Source of the DNA: a virus
Length of the DNA: 64,000 bases
Reading direction: 5' to 3' (one strand)
Virus record (IMG/VR): IMGVR_UViG_3300037424_002358
Location: 1 to 64,000 of that record
Part shown: positions 8,289-19,020 of the stretch, piece after piece
Position numbering within the stretch: the first letter of the stretch is position 1
How the letters are laid out: each line of letters begins with the position of its first letter
Translations under genes and position numbers: made by a program
Notes under the pieces: generated by a model
Told to the model about the DNA's origin: nothing
Databases searched by the model: none
What the model saw: only the letters and a program-made list of their open reading frames with translations

Positions 8289-10763
8289 CTAACTGAATAG
8301 GAACATGTGATTGAAGCGAATCCAGTCGACTCCCACGTGCGCCCTGCGCATCAGGGTCGAAACCACGGCGGTCGTAACCCTAACATAGGAGAGGCCCGTC
8401 AACGATTGTGTCTGCAACGCGCTCACCGGAATCCAGCCAAGCCCATCTTCGGATATGGCGGCCCCCCATTGGTTTGTGCTCACGCGCTCCAGGTGTATGT
8501 AGATACGCGTGGACATAGGCGTCTGCCTCGCACCCAGGGCGAACGTATCCACCCCGGCGACGGTCTTGTCGAGCCTGATGTCCGCCTCGGCCTCAGACAC
8601 ACGGACGTAGACGGCCCTCATGGAATTCCTGCCAGCGCCGGACGGGATATCGTTATCGACGGCAAGCGTGATGTTAGCGTTGGCGGCATCGGCGAAGGAG
8701 AACACGACCGCGGCCGTCACACTCGCACTCCCCGAACCGATGGCAAAATAGCCGCATGGCGCCGAGACGGCTAGGTTTTGAGCGCTCCCCGAGAGCATCA
8801 TGTGGAGGTGCGAAGGCCAGGTCGAATTGAGATCGTACAGTGGGTTGTTCCCACCAGTAATGCCCCATGGCGACGTGAGCAAGTCCGTCTCGAATTCCTG
8901 GTCGAGCGGCGAACCCGAGATGTATGGCACCCTGTCCGCGATCCATTGACCGAGCAGATACCCCTGACTGCCACTGACGGCGGCCACAAGGTATTGGCCC
9001 TTCGCATCTATGTCGGTTACGTCGCCGAGGACGACCCCGTCGCGGCTTAGGCCCAATTCGGCCGACCCGCCGCCGGGGATGTTGATGTCGGCGAAGCCGC
9101 CGCTTACTCCGACGGTTACACCGTCCCCGCGGAAGTTCAGGCGCCCTAGCGATCCAACCAGGCCGCCCTCGTCATAGATCGCGACCGTCCCCGAGACGAG
9201 GCCTCCGGCACCTGCCGGCACGCCCCAGACGGCCATGTGGAACGCGCCGGTGGGCGGCATCTCCGAAAGCGTGTAGGTGCCACTCCCCGGATGCTGCGCG
9301 TCGTACGACACATCGAGCGATTGCGCGAGGCCGTTGATGAACACAGCGAGGGAACCCGTGGCGAACACGCCTCCGGGAACGCGCCAGTACACTCCCGTCG
9401 AGCCGTCCAGCGGTTCAGGCACGCCAGCGAGCATGTAGGTGGAATCGCCGCCAGCGCCATCGCCGCCTCCGCCCGTAATCGTGATCTCGGCGTAGGACCC
9501 GGACACCTGCGCGGTGACGCCGGGTCCGACGAAGTTGAGATGGTCCGCCGAGCCGACAGTGACGCCCTCGTCCTGGATGACAACCGAGCCGGAGCCGCCC
9601 GCGCCTCCGGTGGAGTCGACCCGTATCCGCGTCCCGCTTAGAGTCGCTTCGAGGCCGTCCCCGAAGTCTATTGAGGTGCCGGTGCCTATCGGGACGCCGT
9701 CGTCCAGACCCATGACGCCGATCTGGTCCACACCCGCGCCGGGAATGGATATGTTCGCGTACGACCCGCTGAGGGCGACAGAGACGCCCGGCCCTGTGAA
9801 GTTGAGCCTGTCGGCCGCGCCCAGCGGCGCCCCTTCATCCAGGACCGTTGGCCCGGTCACGTTGACGGTGGCGTAGGACCCGCTGACAGTCGCCGTGACC
9901 TCTAGGCCGGTGAAGTCGAGCCGGTCGATGGAGCCGAGTGCCAGCCCCTCGTCGAGCACAATGACCGAGCCGCTGACTCCAGCCACGGAGGAGGGCGGCG
10001 TAGCCGCAAGTCGCAGGTCGAACAGTTCGCCCCAGCCTAGCCGCTGCGTGCCGGAGAGGAGGAAGACGGCGACGAGGGGCACGCCGGCGTTGGGACTCGG
10101 CAGCGTGATGTAGTCGCCGGGGTCATCCGGCGGGAAGATCGCGTTGAACTCCGGCCCAACCATGAAGGCTGGCACGCCGGCGGCGCCCGAGATGTAGACC
10201 GTCAGGAAGCGGCCATTGCTGGCACCCGTCGGCTTGTAGGACGACATGTCGGCGGTGCCGGAGCCGGGCCACCAGTTGTATTGGCCGCCGAAGTAGTAGA
10301 AGTCCGGCTCGATGAAGATGGACATGGAGCCGGTCGCCACGGGCCGCGGCAGGAGCGGCATGAACTGGCGCTTGGCGATCCAGACGGGGTCGGAACCGAC
10401 CCGGGGTGCGTTCGCGAACGAATGGGAATCGGCGTGGGGCGGCAGGTAGGACGTGCCCTGCCAGTCCTCATACTGCCGGATGTCGCGGCCGTAGACCTTC
10501 CAGCGGTCGGGGAAGTTCGGATCGCGGAAGACGAGGATCGGGAGGTCCCAATGCAGGGCGACGGCCTCGTTGTGGGCCTGGATCACCTCGCTGGTCGAGC
10601 CGCGGATGCGGCACCAGACGTAGTCGGGCCTGTTGGCGACGCGGAGCGTCTTCTGGCCGTTGAGGTAGGCACCGAGGGCGGCCGGGTACAGCCGAAGCCT
10701 CTCGGCTTTGGTCGCCATGAGTTCGGCGATAGATTGGCGGAGCCGTCTTCGTCCTTCAGTCAT
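8289..10763 (-). CDS. tail fibre / receptor-binding protein
   Basis: last tail gene; repeated DEG-x3-G-x3-RLNF-x-G-x-GV-x3-VSGS module; lectin-like C-terminal beta domain. Confidence 0.75.
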   Translation of the reverse strand: MTEGRRRLRQSIAELMATKAERLRLYPAALGAYLNGQKTLRVANRPDYVWCRIRGSTSEVIQAHNEAVALHWDLPILVFRDPNFPDRWKVYGRDIRQYEDWQGTSYLPPHADSHSFANAPRVGSDPVWIAKRQFMPLLPRPVATGSMSIFIEPDFYYFGGQYNWWPGSGTADMSSYKPTGASNGRFLTVYISGAAGVPAFMVGPEFNAIFPPDDPGDYITLPSPNAGVPLVAVFLLSGTQRLGWGELFDLRLAATPPSSVAGVSGSVIVLDEGLALGSIDRLDFTGLEVTATVSGSYATVNVTGPTVLDEGAPLGAADRLNFTGPGVSVALSGSYANISIPGAGVDQIGVMGLDDGVPIGTGTSIDFGDGLEATLSGTRIRVDSTGGAGGSGSVVIQDEGVTVGSADHLNFVGPGVTAQVSGSYAEITITGGGGDGAGGDSTYMLAGVPEPLDGSTGVYWRVPGGVFATGSLAVFINGLAQSLDVSYDAQHPGSGTYTLSEMPPTGAFHMAVWGVPAGAGGLVSGTVAIYDEGGLVGSLGRLNFRGDGVTVGVSGGFADINIPGGGSAELGLSRDGVVLGDVTDIDAKGQYLVAAVSGSQGYLLGQWIADRVPYISGSPLDQEFETDLLTSPWGITGGNNPLYDLNSTWPSHLHMMLSGSAQNLAVSAPCGYFAIGSGSASVTAAVVFSFADAANANITLAVDNDIPSGAGRNSMRAVYVRVSEAEADIRLDKTVAGVDTFALGARQTPMSTRIYIHLERVSTNQWGAAISEDGLGWIPVSALQTQSLTGLSYVRVTTAVVSTLMRRAHVGVDWIRFNHMFLFS

Positions 10764-10766
10764 CGC

Positions 10767-13700
10767 TCAGATCGTCCATGCGAATTTCAGCCCGGACCGC
10801 AGGCTTCCCACGCCAAGGTCGCTCACGATCGCCGCCAGGTTGCCCGTCTTGTCCTGCCAACTGTAGCCGCCATCCTCCGAGCCCAGGACTTTGGAGGATG
10901 CCACGCCCAACTTGTAGAACGTCGCCATCTTCAGCGGGTTGCTAGGCAAATACTCGAGGGGCGAGACATTGTTATCGAAGATGTGCCTGATCTGCCAACT
11001 CGCGAGATCGCTGGTGACAAACAGGATCGTCCGGCTGTCGCCGTCCGCGTTCATGAACGCGTAGATGATCCCGTTGATGTTCTTGATGCAACCCGATGCG
11101 TGCCAACCGCCAATGTTCCCGGCTGTGACCGTATACCACTTCTTGCCATCGAAGTTGGGCGAGACCCGCGACACGCGGGCCAAGATGGCCGGCCCCGAGG
11201 TCCCCGCCCAGGCGAGCGGGTCGAAGAGCATCTCGGGCACGTTGGTCGCGAACTCGTCGCACCTCCAGAGCACGCCACCGCCAAACTTCACGGGTGAATG
11301 GTTCTGCTGCCCGCCGAACGGAGCGCTGGTCCAACTCACGCCCCCGTTGGTGCTCCGGCCAACGCTGTTCTGCGAGTACCACAGGAACAAGTTGGCACCG
11401 AGGTGCTCGGCTATATTCCTGCCGTCCTCGGGATTGGGGTAGACGTTGGGCTGCGCGTAGTTGGCCCACGAGAAGGGGGAGCCTCGCAAGAATTGTCCGT
11501 CCGCGCCCAGCAGCGCCCGACCACACCACAGGATATGGTGGCCGAGTTCGGGGAGGATGGCGGCGTAGCCGATGTCGCGCTGCGTGTTGGTTCCCAGAAA
11601 CGTGTCGCTGTCCGCCGATCCCCAGAACTTCGTCCAGGCCGGGCCGGGACTCCCCGTCACGTTGAGGTTGTTCGTGTACCAGCCGAGCGGCCCGTTGCCG
11701 CCGCCATCGTCGCCCTTCGTCCATACGTAGGCGAGGTTCTCGGGTGCGGCGTAGTCCAGGTAGAAATGGCGAGTGATCCCGACGACTGTCCCGCTGAAGC
11801 CGGGGACGATCTCCCAGGTCGGCGAGGCGGCGGAGAAGAAGTTGCGCGTGCGGCAGAGGAAGCCGTTGAAAATGCCGTAGAGAAGGTCGCCCGTGCTCGG
11901 CGGCGGCTCGATGGGCGGCAGGATCGGCGGGAACGGGATGATGGGCGGGAAGTCAATGTCCCAATCCGGCAGGTCCCAATCGTCGTAGGGTGCCTCCGTC
12001 GGGATGATGATCGTCGTCCCCGGAGGCCCGTGCGTCTCCTCCGCCGCCCGGACGGTCATCATGAGGGCCTGGTTGCCAGCCTGGTAGTCGTAGGAAACTT
12101 CCTGGACGATAAAGGATTTGCCGTTCCACACGATCCGACGCCAGTTCTCATCGGCGTCGAGGTCGACCATGAGGCGCTGCTGCGGCGCGATGTCGAGGTT
12201 GCGGTAGTCGCCAGCCATCGGCAGGGTCAGGTCGGTGTAGAGGGCATTCGCCTTCGCGTAGGCCAGCCCGGCGAGGCGGTTGATCCCGGCCTGGCCTTCG
12301 ACGACGAGGCCGGACACGCGCTCAACCCGGCCAGCGTAGCCCGCCACGTCACCGGGCGCGCCGCCGAGGACCGCCGACACCGTGCCCGTGGCCGGACCGT
12401 CGTAGCCGATGCCCCCGAGTTCGACGTAGGCTAGGCCAGCGTAGGAACCATGGCGCCCGAAGGTGATCTCGCTCCGCCAGTCCTGCCGCGTGAGATCGAA
12501 GCCGACCCCCATCGCGCTGAGGCGGGCACTGCCCGTCGGCATAAGTGATCCGTCGACCTCCGCCCACATCTTCCCTTGACGGTCGGCCACGAGCGAGGCC
12601 ATCAGGGCCGATTGATAAAGCCCGTTGGCGGCGTCATAGATCGGCCCGCGGTCGAAGTCGGCGAACTGCACCTGGAGCGCGTCGCCCGATGGCGAGAAGT
12701 CCGCGATCTCCATGAGCGTCGAGTGCCATCTGAGGAAGTGCACGATGGCGCGGTCGACCGTCATGTTCAGCATCTCGTTCCAGGTCATCGCGTTCCGCTT
12801 CGACTCGAGGGTCGCCGAGTAGCCGGCGATCCTCGCCGCGATGCCCGTGACGCTCCGAGCGTTGAATTCGAGCGCGTCGTCGGCTGGATCGAGCCGGATC
12901 GAGTCGTCCTCAATGTATCCACAGAAGATGATGCCGTCGCGGTTCTCCGCCCCGCTGGCCTTCTTCCCGGCCACGCCCCCCTGCCAGTCGTCGGTAAAGA
13001 GAACAACGAGTGCCCCGTCAACGACCTTCGAGAAGTCGGACCTCTCCCGGACTGCTAGGCGAACGGCGTAGCCGCCCTCCGACCGGCTCCCCTCGAAGGA
13101 GCGAAGCATCCAGGCGAGGATGGGAGGCCTCGGGCCCTCGTCGGGCCGGGTATAGATGGAAATGTGGCGGTGGCCGGTGAGCGATTTGCCGGAGGCGGTC
13201 GTCGCCGTGTAGGACGTGAGGAAGTGACCCGCGCCCGTGTAGCCGATCCATCCGGGGTCGGCGAGCGCGCTACCGCTCGGGTCGCCGCCCTCGAAGACCC
13301 ACGAGGAACCCGTGATGGCCGACCCATCGGGCCCGTAGGACCCCGATGAGGAGTAGTAGATGTAGGCGTAGGAACCGCTCGGCGTCGCCTGCATGAAGGC
13401 CGCGTGGTTCGGCCCCATGTCCACGACCGGGTCCATGATCTGGTTCTGGTCCGTGTAGACGATGTCGAAGTCTTTGTAGAAGACGGGGACGTTAGCGGCG
13501 TCGAGCACGATGAGCGGGAAGACCGCCCATGGCTCGAAGTACGCGACGACTGTCAGGTACCAGGCGTCAACCCAATCGGTCGCATTCTCGGCAAGGGTGA
13601 GGATGGACGCGGTCGAGGAGATCGCGCGGATGCGCCCCAAGTCCTGACCGCCGGGCGTCGTCCCAATGTAGCAGGTCATCCCGCGCAGGACCGCGTTGAA

Positions 13701-13874
13701 GTCTCCGGCCAGGATCGAAATGCTGACCTCGCGCTCGCCCTTCTCGATGCCCGGATGGTCGACCTGCGCCGCGAGCACCGTGCCCGGCTGGTAGACGGAC
13801 ATCCACACGCGCGTCCGGTGGGGACGCGTGCGGAGGCGTGAAACCTGCGCGGTGGAAAGAGTCGGCGCTGGCAT
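10767..13874 (-). CDS. large tail tip / baseplate hub protein
   Basis: follows the Dit-like gene; Pro-rich linker then C-terminal beta-propeller-like region with Asp-box motifs (STNGGVSW, SEDGGYSW). Confidence 0.75.
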   Translation of the reverse strand: MPAPTLSTAQVSRLRTRPHRTRVWMSVYQPGTVLAAQVDHPGIEKGEREVSISILAGDFNAVLRGMTCYIGTTPGGQDLGRIRAISSTASILTLAENATDWVDAWYLTVVAYFEPWAVFPLIVLDAANVPVFYKDFDIVYTDQNQIMDPVVDMGPNHAAFMQATPSGSYAYIYYSSSGSYGPDGSAITGSSWVFEGGDPSGSALADPGWIGYTGAGHFLTSYTATTASGKSLTGHRHISIYTRPDEGPRPPILAWMLRSFEGSRSEGGYAVRLAVRERSDFSKVVDGALVVLFTDDWQGGVAGKKASGAENRDGIIFCGYIEDDSIRLDPADDALEFNARSVTGIAARIAGYSATLESKRNAMTWNEMLNMTVDRAIVHFLRWHSTLMEIADFSPSGDALQVQFADFDRGPIYDAANGLYQSALMASLVADRQGKMWAEVDGSLMPTGSARLSAMGVGFDLTRQDWRSEITFGRHGSYAGLAYVELGGIGYDGPATGTVSAVLGGAPGDVAGYAGRVERVSGLVVEGQAGINRLAGLAYAKANALYTDLTLPMAGDYRNLDIAPQQRLMVDLDADENWRRIVWNGKSFIVQEVSYDYQAGNQALMMTVRAAEETHGPPGTTIIIPTEAPYDDWDLPDWDIDFPPIIPFPPILPPIEPPPSTGDLLYGIFNGFLCRTRNFFSAASPTWEIVPGFSGTVVGITRHFYLDYAAPENLAYVWTKGDDGGGNGPLGWYTNNLNVTGSPGPAWTKFWGSADSDTFLGTNTQRDIGYAAILPELGHHILWCGRALLGADGQFLRGSPFSWANYAQPNVYPNPEDGRNIAEHLGANLFLWYSQNSVGRSTNGGVSWTSAPFGGQQNHSPVKFGGGVLWRCDEFATNVPEMLFDPLAWAGTSGPAILARVSRVSPNFDGKKWYTVTAGNIGGWHASGCIKNINGIIYAFMNADGDSRTILFVTSDLASWQIRHIFDNNVSPLEYLPSNPLKMATFYKLGVASSKVLGSEDGGYSWQDKTGNLAAIVSDLGVGSLRSGLKFAWTI

Positions 13875-14258
13875 TCACCGTGTCACGATGTTGCCGATGA
13901 CGAGGGCCACATCCGTCGGGAAACCCTCGAAGAACGCACCCATCATGGGCTCGGCCAGGGAGCAACCCGAATACTCGCGGAATCCGTAGGCGATGCCCGT
14001 GGCTGAGGGATAGTCGAGATAGTCGGGGTAGGCGGGCAGGTTTACGACGGCGGTCCCGGTCGACTCCATCTCGTTGAACGTCGCAAGGAGCAGGGCGAAT
14101 TGCTCCACGTAGGAGAGGACCCAGCGGAGTTCGGCAGCCCGGACCGCCGAATAGATCGGACGGTTGTCGCCCTGGACGTCGAGAACGCCGCGCGGCAGCC
14201 ATCGGAAGGTTGTCGGCGCGAGGAGCCTGCGCCCGTTGACCTCGTAGAAGTCGCTCAC
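13875..14258 (-). CDS. distal tail protein-like
   Basis: small beta-rich ORF immediately after the tape measure gene. Confidence 0.55.
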   Translation of the reverse strand: MSDFYEVNGRRLLAPTTFRWLPRGVLDVQGDNRPIYSAVRAAELRWVLSYVEQFALLLATFNEMESTGTAVVNLPAYPDYLDYPSATGIAYGFREYSGCSLAEPMMGAFFEGFPTDVALVIGNIVTR

Positions 14259-16981
14259 TGGCGCCCTCCGGCGCGCGTTGCGCCCATGCCGGAGGTCTCG
14301 GCCTTGGTCATGGAGACGATCACCTCAGCGGTCTCGTTGAGGGCCTGGTCGACGACCTCAGCCAGCAGGCCCTCAGACAGTCTCAGCGCGAGGTCAATGC
14401 GGATGCGGTCGCGCCCCCCGCCCCCGAAGCCGGCGATCGGTGCGCCGGTAGCGCGGTTGAGCGGCGAGACGGTCACCTGCTCGGGCCGCTCGCCGACGGT
14501 GATGCTCTGCGGCGAGGTTGCCACAAACGAGCCGCCCGCCTGGTAGCCATGTTGGAGATAAGTCCTCCCGCTCGAACCGCCCGATGTCGGGAGCCCGAGT
14601 CCCTCCGGGATGAGATTGGGATTGGTCGAACCCGACAGCGCCGTCGACAGAGCCGCGGCGTAGTTCATAACTGAGGAGATGGCGTACCTGTAGATCAGAT
14701 CGTTCGCCCCGCCCGGACCTAGATACGCCATCAGCCGCTTGCGCAGGTTCTCGAGGGAGGAGGCTTGCAACTGGTTCTCCGCCAGCGCGGCCTTGACCAG
14801 CGCGTCGACCTTCCGTTTGAGCGACTCTTGGAGGTCCTCCTGTTCCCTGCGCCGCGCCAATTCGGCGTCGGCCCGCTTGCGCTCGTCCTGCTCGCGTATG
14901 TCCGCCAATTCCTGCTGGTACTCGATGATCCGATCAGCCCGACGCTGCTGGCGCTGGACCTCAATCTCTTTGAGTTCGAGCGCCAGGTCCTCCCGTCGGC
15001 GGCGCTGGCGCAGGCGGTACTCCTCCATCTCCTTGCGGCGATCCTCGTTGTAGCGCCGCTGGAGCATGAGCACGCCGCGGGCGTCGCGCTCCCGGACTGC
15101 GTCCTCCAACTCGAAGAGGTATTTGCGCTCCAACTCCCGGAGCGCGATCTGGTGGTCCTCGCGCAGGCGCAACTCGTCGCGCTGGGCCTCGCGGATGGCC
15201 TCGACCCGCTCGCGAGCCGCGTCGGTGTCGATGTCCGTCAGATCGCGGCTGAGGTCCCTTGCCGCGTCCTCGAGGTTGCGCGCTAGGTCGCGGTCGAGGT
15301 CAGCCAGCCGCTCGTAGAAATTCTCCTCAATCTCCGCCGCCGACTCGTTGTAGTCCGCGACCAGTTCGTCGAGCGCGGTTGCGATGTCGCTCTCGGCCTT
15401 CTCCATCGCGGCCGTCATCTCGGCAGCGGCGCGCCTCTGCTGTTCCGAGGCGTCCAGCGTTGCGTCGCCGAGGGACCCCATGGCCTGTCTGATTTCTTCG
15501 GCCAGTGCGGCGTCCTGAATCGCCAGTTCTCTTGCGTAGGCCGTTCTCACCGCGAGGTCGCGGGCCAAGATGGCCTCTTGCTTAGTGGCACCTTCCTCAA
15601 TGGCCTTCCGGTACGCCTCCTCACCGGCTACGGAGCCTGCATAGGCGGCCTCCAACTGGCCCTGTTGCCTCTTGAGGCTGTAGGCCACAATCGTGGCGGC
15701 CTGGACAGCGGTGACAGCGAGGTCCGTGAGCGCCTCCTTGATGGTTACGATGGTCGGCGCCAGGAACTCTCCGAGGATTCTGACGGTGTCCTGCCACTTG
15801 ATGTTGGCGACCTCGAGCCGCTTCGCCAGGACTTCCTGGCCCGCTTTGGCGTCCTCGGCGTATCGGTTCACCTGCTGCTGGATGAGGGCGACCCGGACAA
15901 GCGTCTGCTCTTCGCGGGTCCATTCTCGGATGGGCTTGGTAATGCCGAGCGCGAGGGCCACCTGCTGCTGCGTCGCCCGGTCGACGGCGAAGCCCATGAG
16001 CGAAAGGCCCCGGGCGTAGCCGGTGTTGATAAACTGCGTGAAGCGGAAGAGGGCGGACTGCGCGTCGATGCCAGCCACCTGGTTCATGACGGCCGCGGCC
16101 TCGGCCAAGCCCTGGACCTCCTCCTTGGCGAGGCCGAGTTCGTTGGTCAGCCGGAGGGTCGTTCCGATCAGGGAGTACGTCAATTCTCGCTGGATGCCGT
16201 AGGTCTCGGTCAGCCCGTCGGCGAACTGCTTGTACTCCCGGATGGTGCCGATGCCCTCGCCCTGCGCCCGTTGGGCCGCGCGGACGGCGACCTCCAGCCG
16301 GAAGTTGACCTCGCTGAATCGGATCGCGGATTCGACAGCCTCGTCCAACGTCTGTTTGATTTCACTGAACAACTTGACGATAGTCAAGGCGCCGACGACC
16401 TTGGTTGCAATGGTCTCGAGTCCCTGTCCCAGCAGGCCCAAGAAGGTCGCGGACTGCTCCGTCGCCTCGCCCGCCCCCTCCTGACCTCGCGTGTAGTCCG
16501 CGAGGACCGTGTTGGCCCGCTGCACCTGTCCGGCGAGTTGGTCGTTCTTCACGCCAGCCAGCCCGACCTGGACGGTGTAGGCCGCCAGTTGAGCCGCAGT
16601 CTCGTCGCTGATCCTGCCCTGGTCAGCCAGTTCCGTCTCAGCGTCGTTGAGGGCGGTGGTAAAGTTCTTCAGGACTTCGCTTTGATACGCCTGGGCGAGT
16701 TCGAGAAGTTCAGCCCTCGTCCTGCCGCCAGCCACCGCAAGGCTCTCCATCTTCTCCGCGGCTTCCTCGAGCGACAGGCTCAAATCCTCTGCGAACGCGA
16801 CGACCTGCGCGCCGAGACCCTCCGTACCTGAGCGCATGGCCTCGGCCATGACCTCCGCGATCTGGCCTCCGCCTTTCTCGGCTATATCGACGCCAGCCTG
16901 GATGTGTCTCTCGAGGCTAGAGAGAAAGTCCAGGCCGTCGAGACCGAGGCGGATGAACATTTCCTCGACCGGATCAGCCAT
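14255..16981 (-). CDS. tail tape measure protein
   Basis: 908 aa, Ala/Glu/Arg-rich helical; canonical position. Confidence 0.9.
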   Translation of the reverse strand: MADPVEEMFIRLGLDGLDFLSSLERHIQAGVDIAEKGGGQIAEVMAEAMRSGTEGLGAQVVAFAEDLSLSLEEAAEKMESLAVAGGRTRAELLELAQAYQSEVLKNFTTALNDAETELADQGRISDETAAQLAAYTVQVGLAGVKNDQLAGQVQRANTVLADYTRGQEGAGEATEQSATFLGLLGQGLETIATKVVGALTIVKLFSEIKQTLDEAVESAIRFSEVNFRLEVAVRAAQRAQGEGIGTIREYKQFADGLTETYGIQRELTYSLIGTTLRLTNELGLAKEEVQGLAEAAAVMNQVAGIDAQSALFRFTQFINTGYARGLSLMGFAVDRATQQQVALALGITKPIREWTREEQTLVRVALIQQQVNRYAEDAKAGQEVLAKRLEVANIKWQDTVRILGEFLAPTIVTIKEALTDLAVTAVQAATIVAYSLKRQQGQLEAAYAGSVAGEEAYRKAIEEGATKQEAILARDLAVRTAYARELAIQDAALAEEIRQAMGSLGDATLDASEQQRRAAAEMTAAMEKAESDIATALDELVADYNESAAEIEENFYERLADLDRDLARNLEDAARDLSRDLTDIDTDAARERVEAIREAQRDELRLREDHQIALRELERKYLFELEDAVRERDARGVLMLQRRYNEDRRKEMEEYRLRQRRRREDLALELKEIEVQRQQRRADRIIEYQQELADIREQDERKRADAELARRREQEDLQESLKRKVDALVKAALAENQLQASSLENLRKRLMAYLGPGGANDLIYRYAISSVMNYAAALSTALSGSTNPNLIPEGLGLPTSGGSSGRTYLQHGYQAGGSFVATSPQSITVGERPEQVTVSPLNRATGAPIAGFGGGGRDRIRIDLALRLSEGLLAEVVDQALNETAEVIVSMTKAETSGMGATRAGGRQ

Positions 16982-17315
16982 TCCAGCGCTCCTCGGTCAG
17001 GCCGAACAGTCGGGCCGCCTCAATGAGGTCGGGCACGGGGTTGGCCGCTAGGCCGTTCACCAGCGCCGTCGGAAGGCCGGACGGGCCGACCGCGTCCAAC
17101 GCCAGCGCGACTTCCTCCGGGCTACCGTGGAACATCAGCGCCAGGAGGCGGAACGGATACGACGGTGCATCGTCCATCAGAAGGGCGATCACATCCTTGA
17201 CGAACGGCAGCCCGGTCCGGTGCTGTCGCAGTTGGCCGACGTGCGGAAGGATGATCTTGGCGGCCTCCACCGCCTCGCGCAGGCTCATCGGCGTGGGCAC
17301 CTCAGTCAGGTTCAC
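16974..17315 (-). CDS. putative tail assembly chaperone
   Basis: lies between tail tube and tape measure genes; coupled. Confidence 0.55.
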   Translation of the reverse strand: MNLTEVPTPMSLREAVEAAKIILPHVGQLRQHRTGLPFVKDVIALLMDDAPSYPFRLLALMFHGSPEEVALALDAVGPSGLPTALVNGLAANPVPDLIEAARLFGLTEERWNG

Positions 17316-17995
17316 AGCCGAAGGTCCTCCGGCGTGTCCTTCGGGTAGATCACGTTCCCGAGAGGGATCGAATCCTTGCGCATCCTGGTCTTCTTCGGAC
17401 CCACATGTGCGACCATCCAGAACGGCGGGTCGAGGTCGACGTAGCGGCGACGGTTGCTACCGCGCTCTACGTAGTAGTTGACCTCCGACAGCGAATGGAA
17501 AAAGCGGTGCTCGCTGTAGTCGTGGGCCATGATCTCCTGCGAGAGGGCGATGGCCTCCTCGGGGTAGAGGTCGCACACGTATTCCTTGGTCCAGCCGTAG
17601 GCTCGGGCGAAGAGGTCGACCCACCCGACGAGGTCGCGCCCCTCGTAGTCCCACCGGGGGGGCTTGCCGCCGGGGCTGTTGACGAGCGCGAGGCGGTCCG
17701 CGTGGGGCAGACGGTTGGCCCGGAGCGCCATACTGTACGCGTCCGCGACCTCGATCCAGGTCGCGTGCTCGAACGAGTCGCGGTCCGCGCCCACAGCGGC
17801 TTCGAGGTACGCGAAGATCGCGTCGGCCATCTCGCCAGACGCCTGCGTCTTGGCGGCGGCCCGGCGCGCCTTTTCTGCGGCACCAAGGCGAACGAAGGTG
17901 CCGAGGCGGGCGCGAGTTAGAGGGAACTCGCGCCCGCCCAACCGGACAACGGTCTGCGGCTCGGCACGTTCGGGCCGCAGGAGCGACCCGCCCAC
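17312..17995 (-). CDS. putative tail assembly chaperone
   Basis: GTG start after the tail tube stop; VDLFARAYGWTKEYVCDL resembles chaperone C-terminal motifs. Confidence 0.6.
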   Translation of the reverse strand: MGGSLLRPERAEPQTVVRLGGREFPLTRARLGTFVRLGAAEKARRAAAKTQASGEMADAIFAYLEAAVGADRDSFEHATWIEVADAYSMALRANRLPHADRLALVNSPGGKPPRWDYEGRDLVGWVDLFARAYGWTKEYVCDLYPEEAIALSQEIMAHDYSEHRFFHSLSEVNYYVERGSNRRRYVDLDPPFWMVAHVGPKKTRMRKDSIPLGNVIYPKDTPEDLRL

Positions 17996-18008
17996 GCAGC
18001 GGCCCCGA

Positions 18009-18635
18009 CTACAGCAGGTCCGCGTCGCGGCGGATGATGGTCGCGAACTCCTGACCCGAGGGCTTTGCGTCGTCCGCGTAGCCCCAGGCCGAGATGCCTC
18101 CCAGCAACCAGCGGTTGCCGCTCGGCATCGCCAGCGTCCAGGGGCCTGTGAACTGCGCCCGGTGGATCGTGATCGTGACGAAGTCGCCCTCCGACTCGTC
18201 GTAGACCTTGGGTAGGTACACGTGGTAGAACAGGTTGTTGTTGATCGTCCCGATGCCCATCTTCTCGAAGTCGGCGATCGTCGTGACCGCCGAGCCGCGG
18301 ATGATCGGGGCAACCGAGGTGAGCGGGAACAGCGTGGACAGGCTGAAGGTGAATTCGAGGTGGTTCAACTTCTGGATCGTGGCCTTATCGCCGACCTTGT
18401 CGCAGCGGACGGCGTTGACCGTCAGGTCGGAGCCGAGTTGGACGTCCTCGTAGCAGGCCAGCGAGTACACAGGGTACGTCGCCGTGCCCGACAGGCCGTA
18501 GTAGAAGTTGTCCGCGTCGGGGTTGAACAACTCGTTGGCCCGCGCGTCCTGGTAGTAAATCCAGGGCGCGCCCTCGATGTAGACCTCATCCTGTTCGACG
18601 ATGTTCCCAAGGGGAACTCCGGTCAAAAGACTCAT
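18009..18635 (-). CDS. major tail tube protein
   Basis: 208 aa beta-rich; position after terminator-like gene; GGAGG RBS. Confidence 0.75.
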   Translation of the reverse strand: MSLLTGVPLGNIVEQDEVYIEGAPWIYYQDARANELFNPDADNFYYGLSGTATYPVYSLACYEDVQLGSDLTVNAVRCDKVGDKATIQKLNHLEFTFSLSTLFPLTSVAPIIRGSAVTTIADFEKMGIGTINNNLFYHVYLPKVYDESEGDFVTITIHRAQFTGPWTLAMPSGNRWLLGGISAWGYADDAKPSGQEFATIIRRDADLL

Positions 18636-18638
18636 CGT

Positions 18639-19004
18639 CTAGCCTCCTGGGGCTGATTGGAAATAGTCCCGCCGCCCTGTTCCACCGCAGCACGCGCGTG
18701 AGCCGCCGTGGTTGAAGGACAGCAGGTAGTCCACGTCCTCCTGCTTCACCAGCACCGTCGCCCCGCCGTGCGACCAGCGGTACGTCTCGCCGCTCGGCGT
18801 GTCCCGCATGACAATCACGCCGGGTCGAAGGCTGGTGATAGGGGTGGACGCGGTCAAGGCCAGCCGGTCGGGCGTTAGCACCCGACCGGAGCCGAGGGCC
18901 GCGGGTCTGGCCGCGTCCATCGCCGCGGCCTCGGCTTCCGAGATCACAGGCTTTACCCCCGGGGGGACGCCTGACTTCTCCTTGGGTTTGCGCTCCTCCA
19001 TCAT
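18639..19004 (-). CDS. hypothetical protein with CCG motif
   Basis: GGAGGT RBS; EDVDYLL...ACCGG. Confidence 0.65.
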   Translation of the reverse strand: MMEERKPKEKSGVPPGVKPVISEAEAAAMDAARPAALGSGRVLTPDRLALTASTPITSLRPGVIVMRDTPSGETYRWSHGGATVLVKQEDVDYLLSFNHGGSRACCGGTGRRDYFQSAPGG

Positions 19005-19020
19005 AGCGGACAACCTCCCA

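Noticed and set aside
16974-17995. Programmed frameshift between the tail chaperone genes
   Set aside because: No convincing slippery heptamer seen; the genes are simply GTGA-coupled
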